From assembly GCF_009914755.1 (NCBI RefSeq), contig NC_060926.1: a stretch of 64,000 nt of DNA. One strand, given 5' to 3'. This document shows, one piece after another, positions 13,655-27,535 of this stretch. The position numbers were made by a program, and so were the translations under genes. The notes beneath the pieces are model-generated. The model was not told where the DNA came from. It saw nothing but the letters and a program-made list of their open reading frames with translations, and did no database searches. The DNA comes from the human T2T-CHM13v2.0 reference genome, Homo sapiens. Each line of letters starts with the position of its first letter. Position 1 is the stretch's first letter.

Positions 13655-13870
13655 TAGCATTTTACTTTTTATAAAATGCTTTTTATTATCTTAGTTGATT
13701 ATTTAAATAATCCTGTGATGAGGGCAGGAGTTAATATCTCTATCTTTAAAAATGCAAAAATAGCAACTCAGAGATGTTAGGTAACTTTTCTATCCTTGTA
13801 GCTAATTAGGGATGGATCCAGGCTTGTAATGCATTTCTTTTTCTTTGCCTCTAAATCCAGTGCTCTTTCT
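13655..13870 (-). mobile_element. MIR
   Basis: Reverse MIR core (aatcctgtga..actcagagatgttaggtaactt). Confidence 0.65.
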
Positions 13871-14919
13871 GCTGTGCTCTACTATTCCCTCTCAAAACTC
13901 TTGAAATCAGAGCTCACATTTATAAATGTTTTAGCTTTCTATCTCCTCAACTGCAGTGGATGTGTATGTACAGGTAAATGTATTTAAAAGACACTGTGAA
14001 ATACTTAAAATGCATTTCCAAATGATTTTGAATGCACATACCTAAATATACAAACTAATTAAACCTGCTAAATACATTTATTTTCATACATTCTAAAAAC
14101 TGGTAAATGCTTGTATCATTAGACAGAAAGATATTATCAAATGCATTTGAAAAATGCACATCAGGCAAAATTCAGAAAATGTGTACAAGGTCATTTAGCT
14201 AGCATGTGGTTGAGCTTACATTTATCCAGACTTGACACTGTCTTCAGCAATGCTCGTTTTCAGGTGTTTTATGCAAATAAGGGAGAGAAGCACAGATTTC
14301 TAGAGTGGGATTAATTAATAGAGGACATTTAAGAATAGTCAATGTCTTTGTCTATCAGTGAGTCAGCTCTGTGCCATCCACTTTGGGTGAGACTGTCTTG
14401 TCAGGAGCTCAGTGCTGTTGCTTGGTAAGCACACCCCCTGCAAAATACAAAGGGGCACCCACCTTACATAAAATCTCCTTGTAGAGCAAAACAGGATTTA
14501 ACAAAGGCTCAGTACATTTATTCAGGAGGACACCATGAAGGAAGAGAAAGGTTTTTTAAAAAAGAGATGGGTCAAAACCAGCAGAAGAGGGAAGACTTGT
14601 GGCTTTGAGAGAAAATATTTTACAAATAATAGAAAAAAGAGGTCAGGACCTGCTGGAGCCAGAACCTGTCTGTCAGCAGCCCTCATTCTCCTTCAGGTCC
14701 CTCTACAAATCCTGATAGCCTCAGGCCACATTTAAAGTTTAGCTAGTGCCTTCAAGTAAAGCACAGCTCCATTTTCTGGATGAAGCAGGGCATGCCAACC
14801 TAATACTTGGGGAGCTTGGGCCAGTCCAACAGCTGTTTTTCTACAGTTTTGATATCCTGTCTAGCTCAGTTCTCTGTAATTTGAAACTCTATGGATGCAG
14901 CTCCAGAACAAGGGTCACA

Positions 14920-15110
14920 ATGACCATAAAAAAGGCTTTTTTTGGAACACAGCCATGCTCATTCAGTTGCACATATTATATACCCCTGTATCCCTGCTTT
15001 TGTTCCACAGTGGAACAAAAGTTGAGTAGGTATGACAGAGACACATAATGTTCAGCAATCTAAAATATTTCTCTTCTAATCCATTACAGAAAAAGCTTGG
15101 CAACCCCTGC
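14920..15110. mobile_element. MER58A (hAT MITE)
   Basis: ttggaacacagccatgctcattc..gttgagtag..tgacagagac..ttacagaaaaagcttggcaacccctg. Confidence 0.8.
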
Positions 15111-15729
15111 TTCAGACCTATTATATTCCCTGAACCTCTCACTTCACTAGTCCCCTGCCTTGCCTCCCTGCTCTGGACTTGCTAGAATTTCTAATTTCTG
15201 CCTCATCTCTCAAGATTTTCCTTTTTTTGAAGTACTTGAGATACTTTGATTTTGATACCCAATCTTGTATCCACAACCACTAACATCCTGCTTCACAGCA
15301 CAATCTATTAAAAATACATCTGTAAGTCTTATTTGATTAGCATTTGTTTTGCTGAGGGAAAAAATGATGACGTTCTGCCTCATGTCTCGTCTTGGCTTAA
15401 TTAACACATTAGCAGCTAATAAAGATGCACAGGGTCCCATCACATGACATGGTGGTGTGTTTGTTCATGTTTGCCACAACTGGAGTTCTCTACCATGCTC
15501 AGTAAGATGAACCATTCTTACAGAGGATACTACAGAGCACAGAAGACAGTTACGGGAACTGGAATAGAAAGGAATAAGAAACAACATCCAAACCTGTCTT
15601 AATGCTAGGAAATGACTTGAATTTCTATGAAGAAACAGAAGGTTTAAAAATCAATCATTTCTGAAGACTTACCATGTTTCAACTAACACACTTATAATTG
15701 TATTGCCATTGTCACACATCAAATGTCAC

Positions 15730-15860
15730 AATCATCAAAATATCCCCCAAGAAGCAGGGATCTTGCTTATTTTACAGGTGAGAAACCGAGGCACAGTAGG
15801 ACCACATAGATACCAATTGGCAAACCAAGGATTAGAACCCATTTCCCTGACATCACTGTT
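15730..15860 (-). mobile_element. MIR fragment
   Basis: attttacaggtgagaaaccgaggcacag..ggattagaaccc. Confidence 0.65.
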
Positions 15861-17049
15861 TGTGGCAGTGACTGCTACACTTTACTGTCTCCCTCAGCTC
15901 CACTTTGCAATATCCAGTTAAGACAATCAGAAATTTGTTCTGCAAATCCTAAAAAAAAAAAAAACAGGGCTAAGTGTAAATGAGTCACAATGGTGTGTTG
16001 AGGAAGAAGAGAAGCAATGGATTGAGTGAGAATTTATGTTCTAGATAATTTGAAAGGAAAATCTGACTGATATTATTCACTACACTGTGAAATTCAGTAT
16101 AAAATTAGCCTGTCTGGAGTCTCATCCAAAGGCAAATTACCTTTTGAGGATTGTCTAAAAGACTGTATGCTTATCAAAATCTCCTCAAAGACAGTAATAT
16201 TCCAGTGCACACAATCACATCCCATAGGAAAAATTAAGGGGGAAAACACACCAGGATCCCATTGATCCTCTACTCCAGTTTATTCCTCTTACAGATGTGG
16301 ATATTGAAACCCAGACAAGGAAGGTGACTGGCTGGGTGTCATACAACTGTTTGTGGCAGAGGCCACATTGCATTACAATTTCTATCACCCTATGACCCAT
16401 GACACAGTGACTAATGCATGGACTTTGGAGGCAGACAGACTAGGGGCTGTAACCCCGAGGAGTTGGACTGATGGCTAGTAGTGAGCTGTTCTCTTAATGC
16501 CCCTCTCCATCTCCAGGAACACAGAGAGTTTGTCCCTTCTCATTGGTACCTAAACTCAAATTAGGTCATCAGATGCCACTAAAGATAATCACCACTGGCA
16601 CAGAGCATTATATTCTACAAAGTGCCTTCACAATGATGGTGATTATTCATATCTAACAGAGGAGGAAATCTGTATGAAGAGAAATAAGGAAACTGCATCT
16701 ACGTCATCCCAAGAGGCAATGCCCTTCCTCCTAGCTGGGCCTGACTCCCAATAAAGAAAAGAGACATTCTCATGGGTTCTCTAGAAAGGCATACCCCTTT
16801 CTTCCTCAGGGCTTTCACTAATCACAGTCTTTCATGGGCTTAACACCTATGCATGGGTCAGATATCATTTCAAATTCTTTATGAACAAATTTTCTCTGGT
16901 TTTCCAAATCACCCTGAAATGGAGTCTATCGTACTTTTATTAGTGGAGTTTATGTGAGTTCTTAAGAATGGAAAGGTCTTACTGTAGTCACTGATTCAAC
17001 AAACCTGATGGCAGTTCTAAAATGTCTAAAAAATATTACCTAGACTGTG

Positions 17050-17380
17050 GCAAATCCTCACAAGAATCCTGTGAGATGGGTATCATCATCTCCATGTGCA
17101 CATAAGTAAACTGAATCCCTTTAAAGATTAAGCAACTTGCCACAGGTCACAGTGTAAGTGGCAAAGACAGAATTCAAGTAGTTTGCTCTACATTATGCTG
17201 CTTTTTTCTCTTGTGAAGTCTTGTCAAATCCCTATGACAATCAAACAAAATTATTGGTAAAGTAGATTGATCCCATTTTATCCATGGGGAAACTAAAGCA
17301 TGGAGGGTCAAAACTATTTGCCAAGCCACATAACTAGTAAACTGGAGAGTCAGGATTCAGATTGAGTTTTCTGATTAAGT
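17050..17380 (-). mobile_element. Two adjacent MIR fragments
   Basis: aatcctcacaagaatcctgtgagatggg..ttaagcaacttgcc, then cccattttatccatggggaaactaaagc..ggagagtcaggattc. Confidence 0.7.
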
Positions 17381-18392
17381 TTTGCAGCTTCCTCTTGTGT
17401 TTTATCAAATGCCCCACTGACACCTACATGTCTATTCATTTTAGCAAATAATCTTGCTTTAGGAAATGATTGCTAGGGATACAGAGATGTGTTTCTGAAA
17501 TTCCATTATCCTTTGCATCTAAATTATATACATATAGTTTACGATTAGGGTAGAGATAAGTGGGAAGATTTCTGCCATGAGCTATAGAATAAAAATCTGA
17601 GTTGGAGTTCTTCAATTTTGAGGTTCCTCTGGAGAATTAATCTGTATTCTAGGCCCATAAAAACCATTCTGGCTGTTCATATAATATTTCCAACACATTT
17701 GTAATAATAATTCTCTTTTACTTCCCTGTAAATGGGGATATGCTGCTCAAATAGACCATTTTTATTTACCTTGTGAGTCATATATGAAAAAAAATACAGC
17801 CAACTTGAAAGCAGCACAGTATTTCCTTGGGGTCTTTCACTGAAGGAATTGCATGATGCATCAGACTTGATGGCAAATGAGACACAGAGGGGCCCACTGA
17901 TGCACCAAATCCCATTTTGGGAAGTCTGTTTCAGTAGAAGATTGCAAACAAGCCATTATTTTGTCAGTTGGAACAAAAGCCCTGATTAAAAATTAAAATA
18001 CATTCTGTACTGATAAATATACAGCTGCCTAATTACTTGCAAGATTTATATTTTGCTGTGTTAATTCCCTCATAATGGTTATTTCTTACTCCATATAAAC
18101 CAGAACACAATGAGCTTGACAGGGACAAGCTTCAATAAACATTTGGTTGTGCCTTTTATTAGATAGATCAGTTCCTGATTATTAATGTTTTCAAAATCTT
18201 ACTTTAAAATATTTCTCCAGGAGAAAACTGTGTCCCTTCCATCATGTGGCATTCAATGTAGGCAGAAATGTATCTTAAGAGACACCTAATTATGGCTAAT
18301 TTAAAATTTCTTATCTGCCAACTGGATCTTCTAACTTGCCATCACTCAACTTTCCTCAACATTCACATACATACGCAACCATAACATAAAGC

Positions 18393-18395
<3 letters not shown>

Positions 18396-18433
<38 letters not shown>
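18396..18433 (+). repeat. Pure poly(A)38
   Basis: Directly visible. Confidence 0.97.
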
Positions 18434-18435
<2 letters not shown>

Positions 18436-19361
18436 AGAGTAAATAAAACAAAACAGAATAACAGCTATCGGTAGCTTAGAGGAATTTTTGCAAGGTGAGA
18501 TGGAGAAGCAAATGGGAGCCGTGATCAAAGGGAGATTACAAAAATAAATGAAAGAGGCATTGGTAGAATAGGTAGCCCCAAGAGCCCATCTCTCCACAGA
18601 AAGATTTAAAAATCACGCAAAAACTGTCAGAATCAACTTTATCAGAACTCTGATAAACCGTCACAAGTTTACAGCAATCAAGTAAATGTTGAATCAAGGA
18701 AATGAACCTTTAAAATGGTAGGAAAGCTTTGTAACATTTTTATATGCCCTTGCCCCATCTCCTCCCTGGCTCAGGTCAGCAGCTGACTTGAAGACATCAG
18801 TCCACATACCCAGTGTAGGACTCTGAACCCTACTTCTACTTTGGAGTAAAGCAAACTTTATTTGAAAGGATTGGGTTTGTTTGTCCTAGATGTTTTAAGG
18901 CTATCTGAAGGCCTGGCACAAGGCACTTGTGTTTGTTTCACTAATTAAGAACTTAGGGGAGAAAAGCAGTAGATATTGCTCAAAAACACGGTAAGTTAAA
19001 TTAACAACACACAGCCGCCTGGGAAAAAGACTATGGCTGAGACATACAATAGAGTCCCAAAACATGGAAGGAAAAACTGAGGATGAAGTTTCTTGAAATT
19101 AGGACATTAAAAAGTGCGTGTGTGTACTAGGGACCTTAGGGAGTCACACACATGCCCAGCACAGGGAGCATGCTCAGAAAAGACTTGAGAATACCTTAAG
19201 CCCTAAGGCTTCACCTTTGGCTGATCTCCAATCTCAGCAGAAGCAGAAAGTGAAGCCTAAGACAGAGTTGTAAACAGCCAGGCTAAGCAATGCAGCACTG
19301 CCCCAAGAGTACCCCAGCACAGAACCAAATCTCTTCAAAGAGAATATTCTCTGTGAATATT

Positions 19362-19578
19362 CTCTCTCCCTCTCCTCTCCTCTCCTTTCTTTTTCTCCTC
19401 CTCCTCCTCCTTCTTCTCTTCTTCTTGTTCTTCTTCTCCTCCTCCTCCTTCGTCTTCCTCTTCTTCCTCTTCTTTTTCCTTCTCCTTCCTCCTTCTCTCT
19501 CTCTCCCTCTCTCCCACTCTCCCTCTCTCCCTCTCTCCCACTCTCCCTCTCTCCCCCCACCCCAATCCTCTCTTTCTC
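19362..19578 (+). repeat. Pyrimidine-rich (CT/CCT/CTT)n tract
   Basis: Directly visible. Source of the E/R/G-rich ORFs. Confidence 0.95.
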
Positions 19579-20865
19579 TGTTGGCAGATAGCATTTAAGA
19601 AAACTTTTGTCAAGACATCAGCTAAAGGCAAGCTGAAGGAATAGTAATTTAAAAAAACATACAGGAAGAAAAACACAGACTTTACAAAAATCATTTAGAA
19701 AAGTTGCTAAAACAAAGAGGTATAGCCTATAGCAAACAACACAAACAAACCTGGAGGAGAAAAAGATCCTAATTCCCAGAGTTACTAAGTTGTAACATGA
19801 AAATGTCCAGTTTTCAACAAAAGTTGACAAAGCATGCAAAGAAACAAGAAAGTATGGGCCATTCCTAGAAGAAATGTAAAAAAATATATATATCTCTCAA
19901 GAAGCAAGACATTAAACTTACCAACAGAAACTATACATAAATAATTTTAAATATGTTCAAATTGTTAAAGGAAACCATAGACAAAGAGCTAAAGGAAACC
20001 AGGGTAACAACGCAGGAACAGAGAATAGCAATAAAGTGATAGGAACTATAATGAAGAACTAAACATAAATTTGGAAACTTAAAGGTACAATACCTGAAGT
20101 GAAAAACTCACTAGAAGGTTTCAACTGCAAATTTGGACAAGCAGAAGAAAGAATCAATTAAACTGAAAAGAGATTAGTTGAAATTATCCAGTCTGAAGAG
20201 AAGAATAAAAGATGAATGAAGTAAAATGAACAGAGCTTAAGAGACCTAAGAGACACCATCAAGCATAGCAACACATACATAGTGGGAATTCCAGAATAGG
20301 AGAAAGTCAGAAAAAGCATTTAAGAAATAATGCCGAATTCCAAAATTAACAAAAGATGCAAATCCACATACTCAAGAAACTCAACGAACTCCACAAAGAA
20401 TAATGGCAAAGATAGCTGCACCAAGAGATATTATCAAATTGTTGAAAACCAAGAACAAACGGAAATCTTTGAAAGCAACAAGCCAGAAGCAATTTTCATG
20501 TACAAGGGCTATTCAATAAAATTAACATCAGATTTCTTATCAGAAACCATGGAGACCAGAAGACAGTAGGGAGACATTTTTAAAGTGGAGGAAAAAAATT
20601 ACTGTCAAACAAGAATTCTATATGCACAAAATAATCCTCAAAAGTGAAGGAGAAAAGAAGATATTCTCAGATAAACAAAATCTACAGGAGTCTATTGCTA
20701 GCAGACCTGCCCAGAAAATATAAAAAGAAGGCATTCAGATTGAAATTAAAAGACATTGGACAATAACAAGAAGCCATTTGAAGAAATAAATAACTCTGGT
20801 AAAGGTAACTATGTAAATAAGTAAATATAGAAGCTAGTATTATTACACTTTTCTTTGTAACTTCT

Positions 20866-23112
20866 TGTATTAGTTTGTTTTCATGCTGCTGATAAAGACA
20901 TACCCAAGACTGGGCAATTTACAAAAGAAAGAAGTTTAATTAGACTTACACTTCTATGTGGCTGGGGAAGACTCACAATCATGGCAGAAGGCAAGGAGGA
21001 GTAAGCCACATCTTACATGGATAATGGCAGGCAAAGGGAGGAGTACTTGTGCAGGGAAACTCTTCTTTTTATAAACATCAGATCTCATAAGACTTACTCA
21101 TAATCACGAAAACAGCATGGGAAAGAACTGCTCCATGATTCAATTACCTCCCACTGGGTCCCTCCCACAACACATGGGAATTCAAGATAGATTTGGGTGG
21201 AGACACAGCCAACCATATCATTCCATCCCTGGCCCCTCCCAAATCTCATCTCCTCACATTTCAAAACAAATCACGTCTTCCAACAGTCCCCCAAAGTCTT
21301 AAATCATTTCAGCATTAACTCAAAAGTCCATAGTCCAAAGTCTCATTTGAGACAAGGCAAGTTCCTTCTGCCTATGAGCCTGTAAAATCAAAAGAAGATT
21401 AATTACTTCCTAGATAAAATGGAGGAATAGCATTGGGCAAATACAGCCATTCCAAATGGGAGGATTTGGTCAAAACAAGGGGGCTACAGACCTCATGCAA
21501 GTCTGAAATCCAGTGGGGTAGTCAAATCTTAAATCTCCAAAATGATCTTTGACTCCATGTCTCACATCCAGGTCACACTGATGCAAGAGGTGGGTTCCCA
21601 TGGTCTTGGGAAGCTCCACCTCTGTGGCTTTACAGGGTACAGCCTCCCTCCCAGCTTCTTTCATGGGCTGGCATTGAGTGTCTGCAGCTTTTCTGGGCAC
21701 ACGGTGCAAGACGTCAGTGGATGTACCATTCTGGGTCCTGAAGGAGGGTGGCCCTCTTCTCACAGCTCCATTAGGCAGTGCCCCAGGAGGGACTCCATGT
21801 TTGGGCCTTGACTCCATATTTTCATTCTGCACTGCACTAGCAGAGGTTCTTCATGAGAGCCCTGCCCCTGCAGCAAAATTTTGCCTGGACATCCAGGCAT
21901 TTCCTTACATCCTCTGGAATCTAGGTGGAAGTTTCCAAATCTCAATTTTTGACTTCTGTGTACCCGCAGGCTCAATACCATGTGAAAGCTGCCAAGGCTT
22001 GAGGCTTGCATCCTGTGAAGCCAAGGCCCAAGCTCTACATTGTCCCCTTTCAGCCATGGCTAAAGTGGCTTGGATACAGGGCAGCTAGTCCTGAGGCTGT
22101 ACACAGGATTGGGACCCTAAGCCTGATCCACAAACCACTGTTTCCTCCTAGGCCTCCAGGCCTGTGATGGGAGGGACTGCTATAACTACCTCTGATATGC
22201 CCTGGAGATATTTTCCCCATTGTCTTGGGGATTAACATTCAGCTCCTCGTTACTTATGCAAAGTTCTGCAGCCAGCTTGAATTTCTCCTCAGAAAATGGG
22301 TTTTTCTTTTCTATCACATTGTCAGGCTGCAAATTTTCTGAACTTTCATTCTATGCTTTCTTTATAGAAGAGAATGCTTTTAACAGCATTTAAGTTACCT
22401 TTTGAATACTTGCTGCTTAGAAATTTCTTCCACCAAATACCCTAATTCATCTCTCTCAAGTTCAAAGTTCTACAAATCTACAGGGCAAGGGGAAAATGCC
22501 ACCATTCTCTTTGCTAAAATATAACAAAAGTCACCTTTGCTCCAGTTCCCAACAAGTTCCTCATCTCCATCTGAGATGACCTCAGCCTGGACTTTATTGT
22601 CCATATCATTCATTATCAGGCTTTTGGTCAAAGCCTTTCAACAAGTCTCTAGGAAGTTCCAGACTTTCCCACATTTTCCTGTCTTCTTCTGAGCCCTCCA
22701 AACTGTTCCAAATTCTGTCTGTTACCCAGTTCCAAAGTGCGTTCCACATTTTTGGGTATCTTTTCAGCAGAGCCCCACTCTACTGGTACCAGTTTACTGT
22801 ATTGGTCCATTTTCATGCTGCTGATAAACATATACCCAAGGCAGGGCAATTTACATAGGAAAGAGGTTTAATTAGACTTACAGTTCCACATGGCTGGGGA
22901 AGCCTCACAATCATGGCAGAAGGCAACGTGGAGCTTGTACAGGAAAACTCCCCTTTTTATAACCATCAGATCTCATGAGACTTGTTCACTATCACAAGAA
23001 CAATATGGGAAAGACCTGCCCCCATGATTCAATTACCTCCCACCAGGTCCCTCCCACAACACATGGGAATTTAAGGTGAGATTTGGGTGGGGATTATGGC
23101 CAAACTATATCA
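20866..23112 (-). mobile_element. Complete THE1 (THE1A/B-like MaLR) provirus: 3'LTR 20866-21220, internal 21221-22797, 5'LTR 22798-23112
   Basis: Both LTRs read tgtatt..tatca on the plus strand. PPT complement (ccatccctggcccctccc) abuts the left LTR. Perfect 5-bp TSD CTTCT at 20861-20865 and 23113-23117. Confidence 0.95.
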
Positions 23113-25685
23113 CTTCTCTTCTAGTTGTCTAAATGATTTAAAAGAGAAATGCATAACACAGTAATTATAAAGCAATGTAATGGACACACAATGTATGAAG
23201 ATGTAATTAAAACAAAAAATATATAAAGGATAGAGATAGACTTGTATTATAGGAGTTTTTATGCTTTTGAATCTAAGTTGGTATCAATTTAAAGTAGATT
23301 GCTATATATTTAGGATACTAATTGTAATCTTCATGATAACCATTATGAAAAAATATATATGTAAATAAAAAGGTGATCAAATACAGTACACTGCAAAATA
23401 TCAATTAAACACAAAGAAAGTAATAAAGGAAATAAGGAACAAAATAGGTTAAAGACATATAAAAATTAGCAAAATGGTAGTAAAAAGTTCTTCATCAGTT
23501 ATTATTTTAAATTTAAATGAGTTAATATTTTTAATTAAAAGGCAGCTATGGGCATAATCAATTAAAAAACAAGACTTAATGACATTCTGTCTATAAAAAT
23601 TCACTTTAGACCCAAAGAAACAAATACATTGAAAGTGAAAAGATGAAAAAAGAATATCCCATGCAAATAGTAACCCAAAGAAAGCTGGGTTGGCTACATT
23701 AATACCAGACAAGTACACTTTAAGTAAAAACCTGTTACAAAAAACAAAGAACATTATATATTGATAAAATGGCCAGTTCATCCAAAAGATATAACAGTTA
23801 GAAACATATATGCACCTAACAACAGAGCCCCAAAATATATTAAGGAAACATTTACATATTCGAAGAGGGAAATAGATAGTTTTAAAATAATAGCTGGAGA
23901 CTTTATTACTTCATTTTCAATAATGTAAACATATCTCAAAAGAAGTTCAATAGGAAATAGAAAAACAGAACAACACTGTAAACCAACTGCACCTAACAGG
24001 CTCCACCAAACAATAACAGAATACACATTCTTCTCAAGAATGTGCATAGAGAATATTTTCCAGAATAGACCATATAATAGGCCATTTAAAAAGTTTTGAT
24101 GAACTTTAAAAGGTTGAAATGATACAGAATATCTTCTCTGACCACAGTGAAATGAAGCTAGAAATCAACAACTGAGGGAAACTAAAAAATTCACAAAATA
24201 TGTAGACATTAAACAACACATTCTTAAACACCCAATAGTTCAAAAAATAAAACACAGAAAAACGTAAACTACTTTAAGGTGAATTAGAATAAAAATACAA
24301 CATAACAAACATGAAGAATGCAGAGAAAGCAGTGCTAAGAGGGACATTTATAGCTGTAAACACATAGACAAACAAAAAAGAAACATCTCGATTAATAATC
24401 TATCTTTATACCCTAAGGGACTAGAGAAAAAACAAACTAAACTGAAAGCTAGTAAAAAGAATGAAAAAAAGAACAGAGACAAATAAAATAAAGGGGAAAA
24501 ATAGAATCAATTAACCCGAAGTTATTTCTTTGAAGATATGAACAAAAAAATGACAGACTTTTAGCTATATAATTTTTAAAAGGTTAACAAAACTATTCAA
24601 TGAAGTGGAAATAGTCTCTTCAACAAACTGCTGGGAGAGCTGAATATACACATACAAAATAAATGAAGGTAGAACCCTACTTCACATCACTTACAAAACT
24701 TAAACTGGATCAAAGAGCTAAATACAAAAGCTAAAACAATTAAAAGTCTTAGAATAAAACATAAGAGGTAAATCTTCAGGACCTTAGATTTGGCAATGGC
24801 TTCTTAGATGTAACATGAAAATAAAAAGCAACAAAAAATAAGATCAACTGGATAAATTTAAAACATTTGTGCATCAGAGGACATTATCAATAAAGTGAAA
24901 AACAACCTGAAGAATGTGGAAAATATTTGCAAATTGTGTATCTGATAAAAGAGTCTAATATTCAGAATACATAAATAATTTTTACAACTCAACAACAAAA
25001 AATAAACAACCCAGTTGAAAAATGGGCAAAGTATTTGAATATAAATTTCTCCAAAGAGGATATACAAATGGCCAACAACCACATGAAAAGATACTCAATA
25101 TCATAAACCACTGCAAATCAAAACCTCAAAGAAATACCACTTCACACCTATTAAGGTGGCTACAAAGAAGAGGAAGGAAGAAAGAAAGGAGGAAAGGGGG
25201 GAGGGAGGGAGAAAGAAAAGTATGTTGGCAAGAATGTGAAAAATGGAACATTCATACATCTCTGGTGGGAATATAAAATGGTTCTGTCACTTTCAATAAC
25301 AGTTGGGTGGTCCCTCAGAAAGTTAAACATAGAATCACCATATCGTCCAGCAATTCAACTCCTAGGTATATACACAAAAGAATCAAAAACAGGTACACAA
25401 TAAATACATGTACATACATGTTTATATCTGTACTGTGGTCAATAGTAACAAAATTGAAATGACACAAACTTCCATCAATAGATAAACGGGTAAACAAATT
25501 GTGCTATATACAAACAATGGAATACCATTCAGCCCAAACAAGAAAATGAACTGGTGAAACATGCTATAATGTGGATGTATCTCAAAAATACTGTGCTAAG
25601 TGAAAGAAGCAAGATGCAAAAAGTCACATATTATGTGATTCCATTTATAAAAAAATACTGAGAATAGATAAATTTATAGAGACTG

Positions 25686-27535
25686 AAACTACAAAGTTAT
25701 AGCAAATAAAAAATGGTACTGGCATCAAAACAGACACATGGACCAATGGAACAGGATAGAGAGCCCAGAAATAAATCCACACATTTAGTCAATTGATTTT
25801 CAACAAAGATGTTGAGCATACACAATGGGGAAAAAGCAGTCTCTTCAATGAGTGGTGGTGGAAAAATATTTCCTTCATGCAAAAAAAATATAATTATACC
25901 ATTACCTTACATCATATACAAAAATCAACTCAAAATGGATGAAATATTTAAACATAAGACCTGAAACTGTAAACTACTAAAAGAAAACAGGGGGAAACTC
26001 CGTGATAGCAGTCTGGGCAATGATTTGTTTAATATAATCCCAAAAGCACATGCAACAAAAACAAAAATACACAAATGAAATTACATTAAATTAAAAACCT
26101 ACACACAGCAAAGGGAACAATGAATAAAGAGACAATCTTTGGAATAAAAAAATTGCAAACCATACATCTAATAAGGGGGTACTATCAAAAATACATTAAA
26201 AATTAAACCAACTGAATAACAACAAAACAAATAACCTCATTGACAAATGAGCAAAGAATCTAAATTAACACTTTTCAAAAGAAGAAACTCAAATGGCCAA
26301 CAGACATGTTGAAAAAATGCTCAACATAGTCATAAGGGAAATGCAAATTAAAACCACAATCACCTCACACATGTTAGAATAGCTATTTTCAAAAAGATGA
26401 GAGGTAACAAGTGTTGGTGAGGATATAAAGAAGAGGGAACACTTGTACACTATTAGTGAGATGTAAATTTGTAAAGCCATTATGCAAAACAGCACAGAAG
26501 TTCCTCAAAAAAATTAAAAATAGAACTACCATATGCTCCAGTAATCCCAGTTATGTGTACATATCCAAAGAACATGAAATCAGTTTATTAGATACCTGAT
26601 TTCTCATGTTCATTGGAGCATTACAATAGCCAAGATATGAAATCATTACAATAGCCAAGATATGAGCGTTACAATAGCTAAGATGGACACAACCTAACTG
26701 TTAATCAATGGATTAACTGACAGGGAAAATATAGTGTGTACATATACAATGGGATATTTTTCAGTTTTAGAAAATGTAATCTGGTCATTTGCAACAACAT
26801 GGATGAACCTTCCAAGCTAAGTGAAATAAGCCATCCAGAAAGACAAATACATGATCTTCTTTATATGTGGAATCTAAAAAAGCCAAACTCATAGAAGCAG
26901 AGAGTTACTATGGGCTGGGGGTTGTAGGATATGGAAGATTTTGGTCAAAAGACATAAAATTTCAGTTATAAAGGAGAAATAACCTCAAGAAATCTATTGT
27001 ACATCATAGTGACTATAGTCAGTAACAATATAGAGTCAGCCCACTATATCTACGGGTTTCACATCTGTGAGTTCAACTAACCATGAACAAAAATATTAAA
27101 AAAACAAAAAAAGGATAGTTGATTCTGTATTGAACATCTACAGACTTTTTTCTTATTATCATTCCCTAAACAATGCTGTATAACAACTATTACATAGCCC
27201 TTACATTGTATTAGGTATTATAAATCACCTAGAGAGGATTTAAAATATACCTGAGGATATGTGTAGGTTATATGCAAATACTACACCATTTCATGTAAGG
27301 GACTTGAGCATCCATGGAGTTTGATATCCACAGGGGGTCCTGAAACCAATCCCCTATGGATACAAAGGAAGGACAGTGTTATATACTTAAGTTGCCAAGA
27401 TAGTAGATAAGTATGTGAAGTAATACATATGTTAATTAGCTTGATTTAGCCATTCCACAATGTATACATATTTCAAAACATCACATTGTACATCATAAGT
27501 ACATACAACTTACATTTTCAATTAAATAAATAAAT
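25686..27535 (+). mobile_element. 5'-truncated L1MA (3' ORF2 and 3'UTR)
   Basis: tggtactggcatcaaaacagacacatggaccaatggaacag.., with L1MA 3' end (gttaattagcttgatttagccattccacaatgtatac..aaataaataaa). Confidence 0.85.
27033..27378 (-). mobile_element. MER2 (Tigger-derived MITE) inserted in the L1MA 3'UTR
   Basis: tgtgtaggttatatgcaaatactacaccatt..gggggtcctgaaaccaatcccc; TA at the left junction; L1MA resumes afterwards. Confidence 0.88.

Larger units (their letters stand above)
18560..25685 (+). mobile_element. Old L1 (L1MB-like) with 5'UTR, decayed ORF1, EN region and 3' end; RT region deleted; interrupted by THE1
   Basis: ORF1-like sequence ~19780-20830. EN-like sequence 23490-24550 (aacatatatgcacctaacaacagagcc, ggagactttattac). 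Jump near 24580 to post-RT sequence. L1MB-type 3' end (tgtgctaagtgaaagaagc..tatgtgattccattt). Confidence 0.8.

Noticed and set aside
19234-19694. Overlapping 100-120 aa ORFs
   Set aside because: They are translations of the CT-rich microsatellite.
21470-22238. Several 60-136 aa ORFs
   Set aside because: They are fragments of the decayed THE1 internal region, not a host gene.
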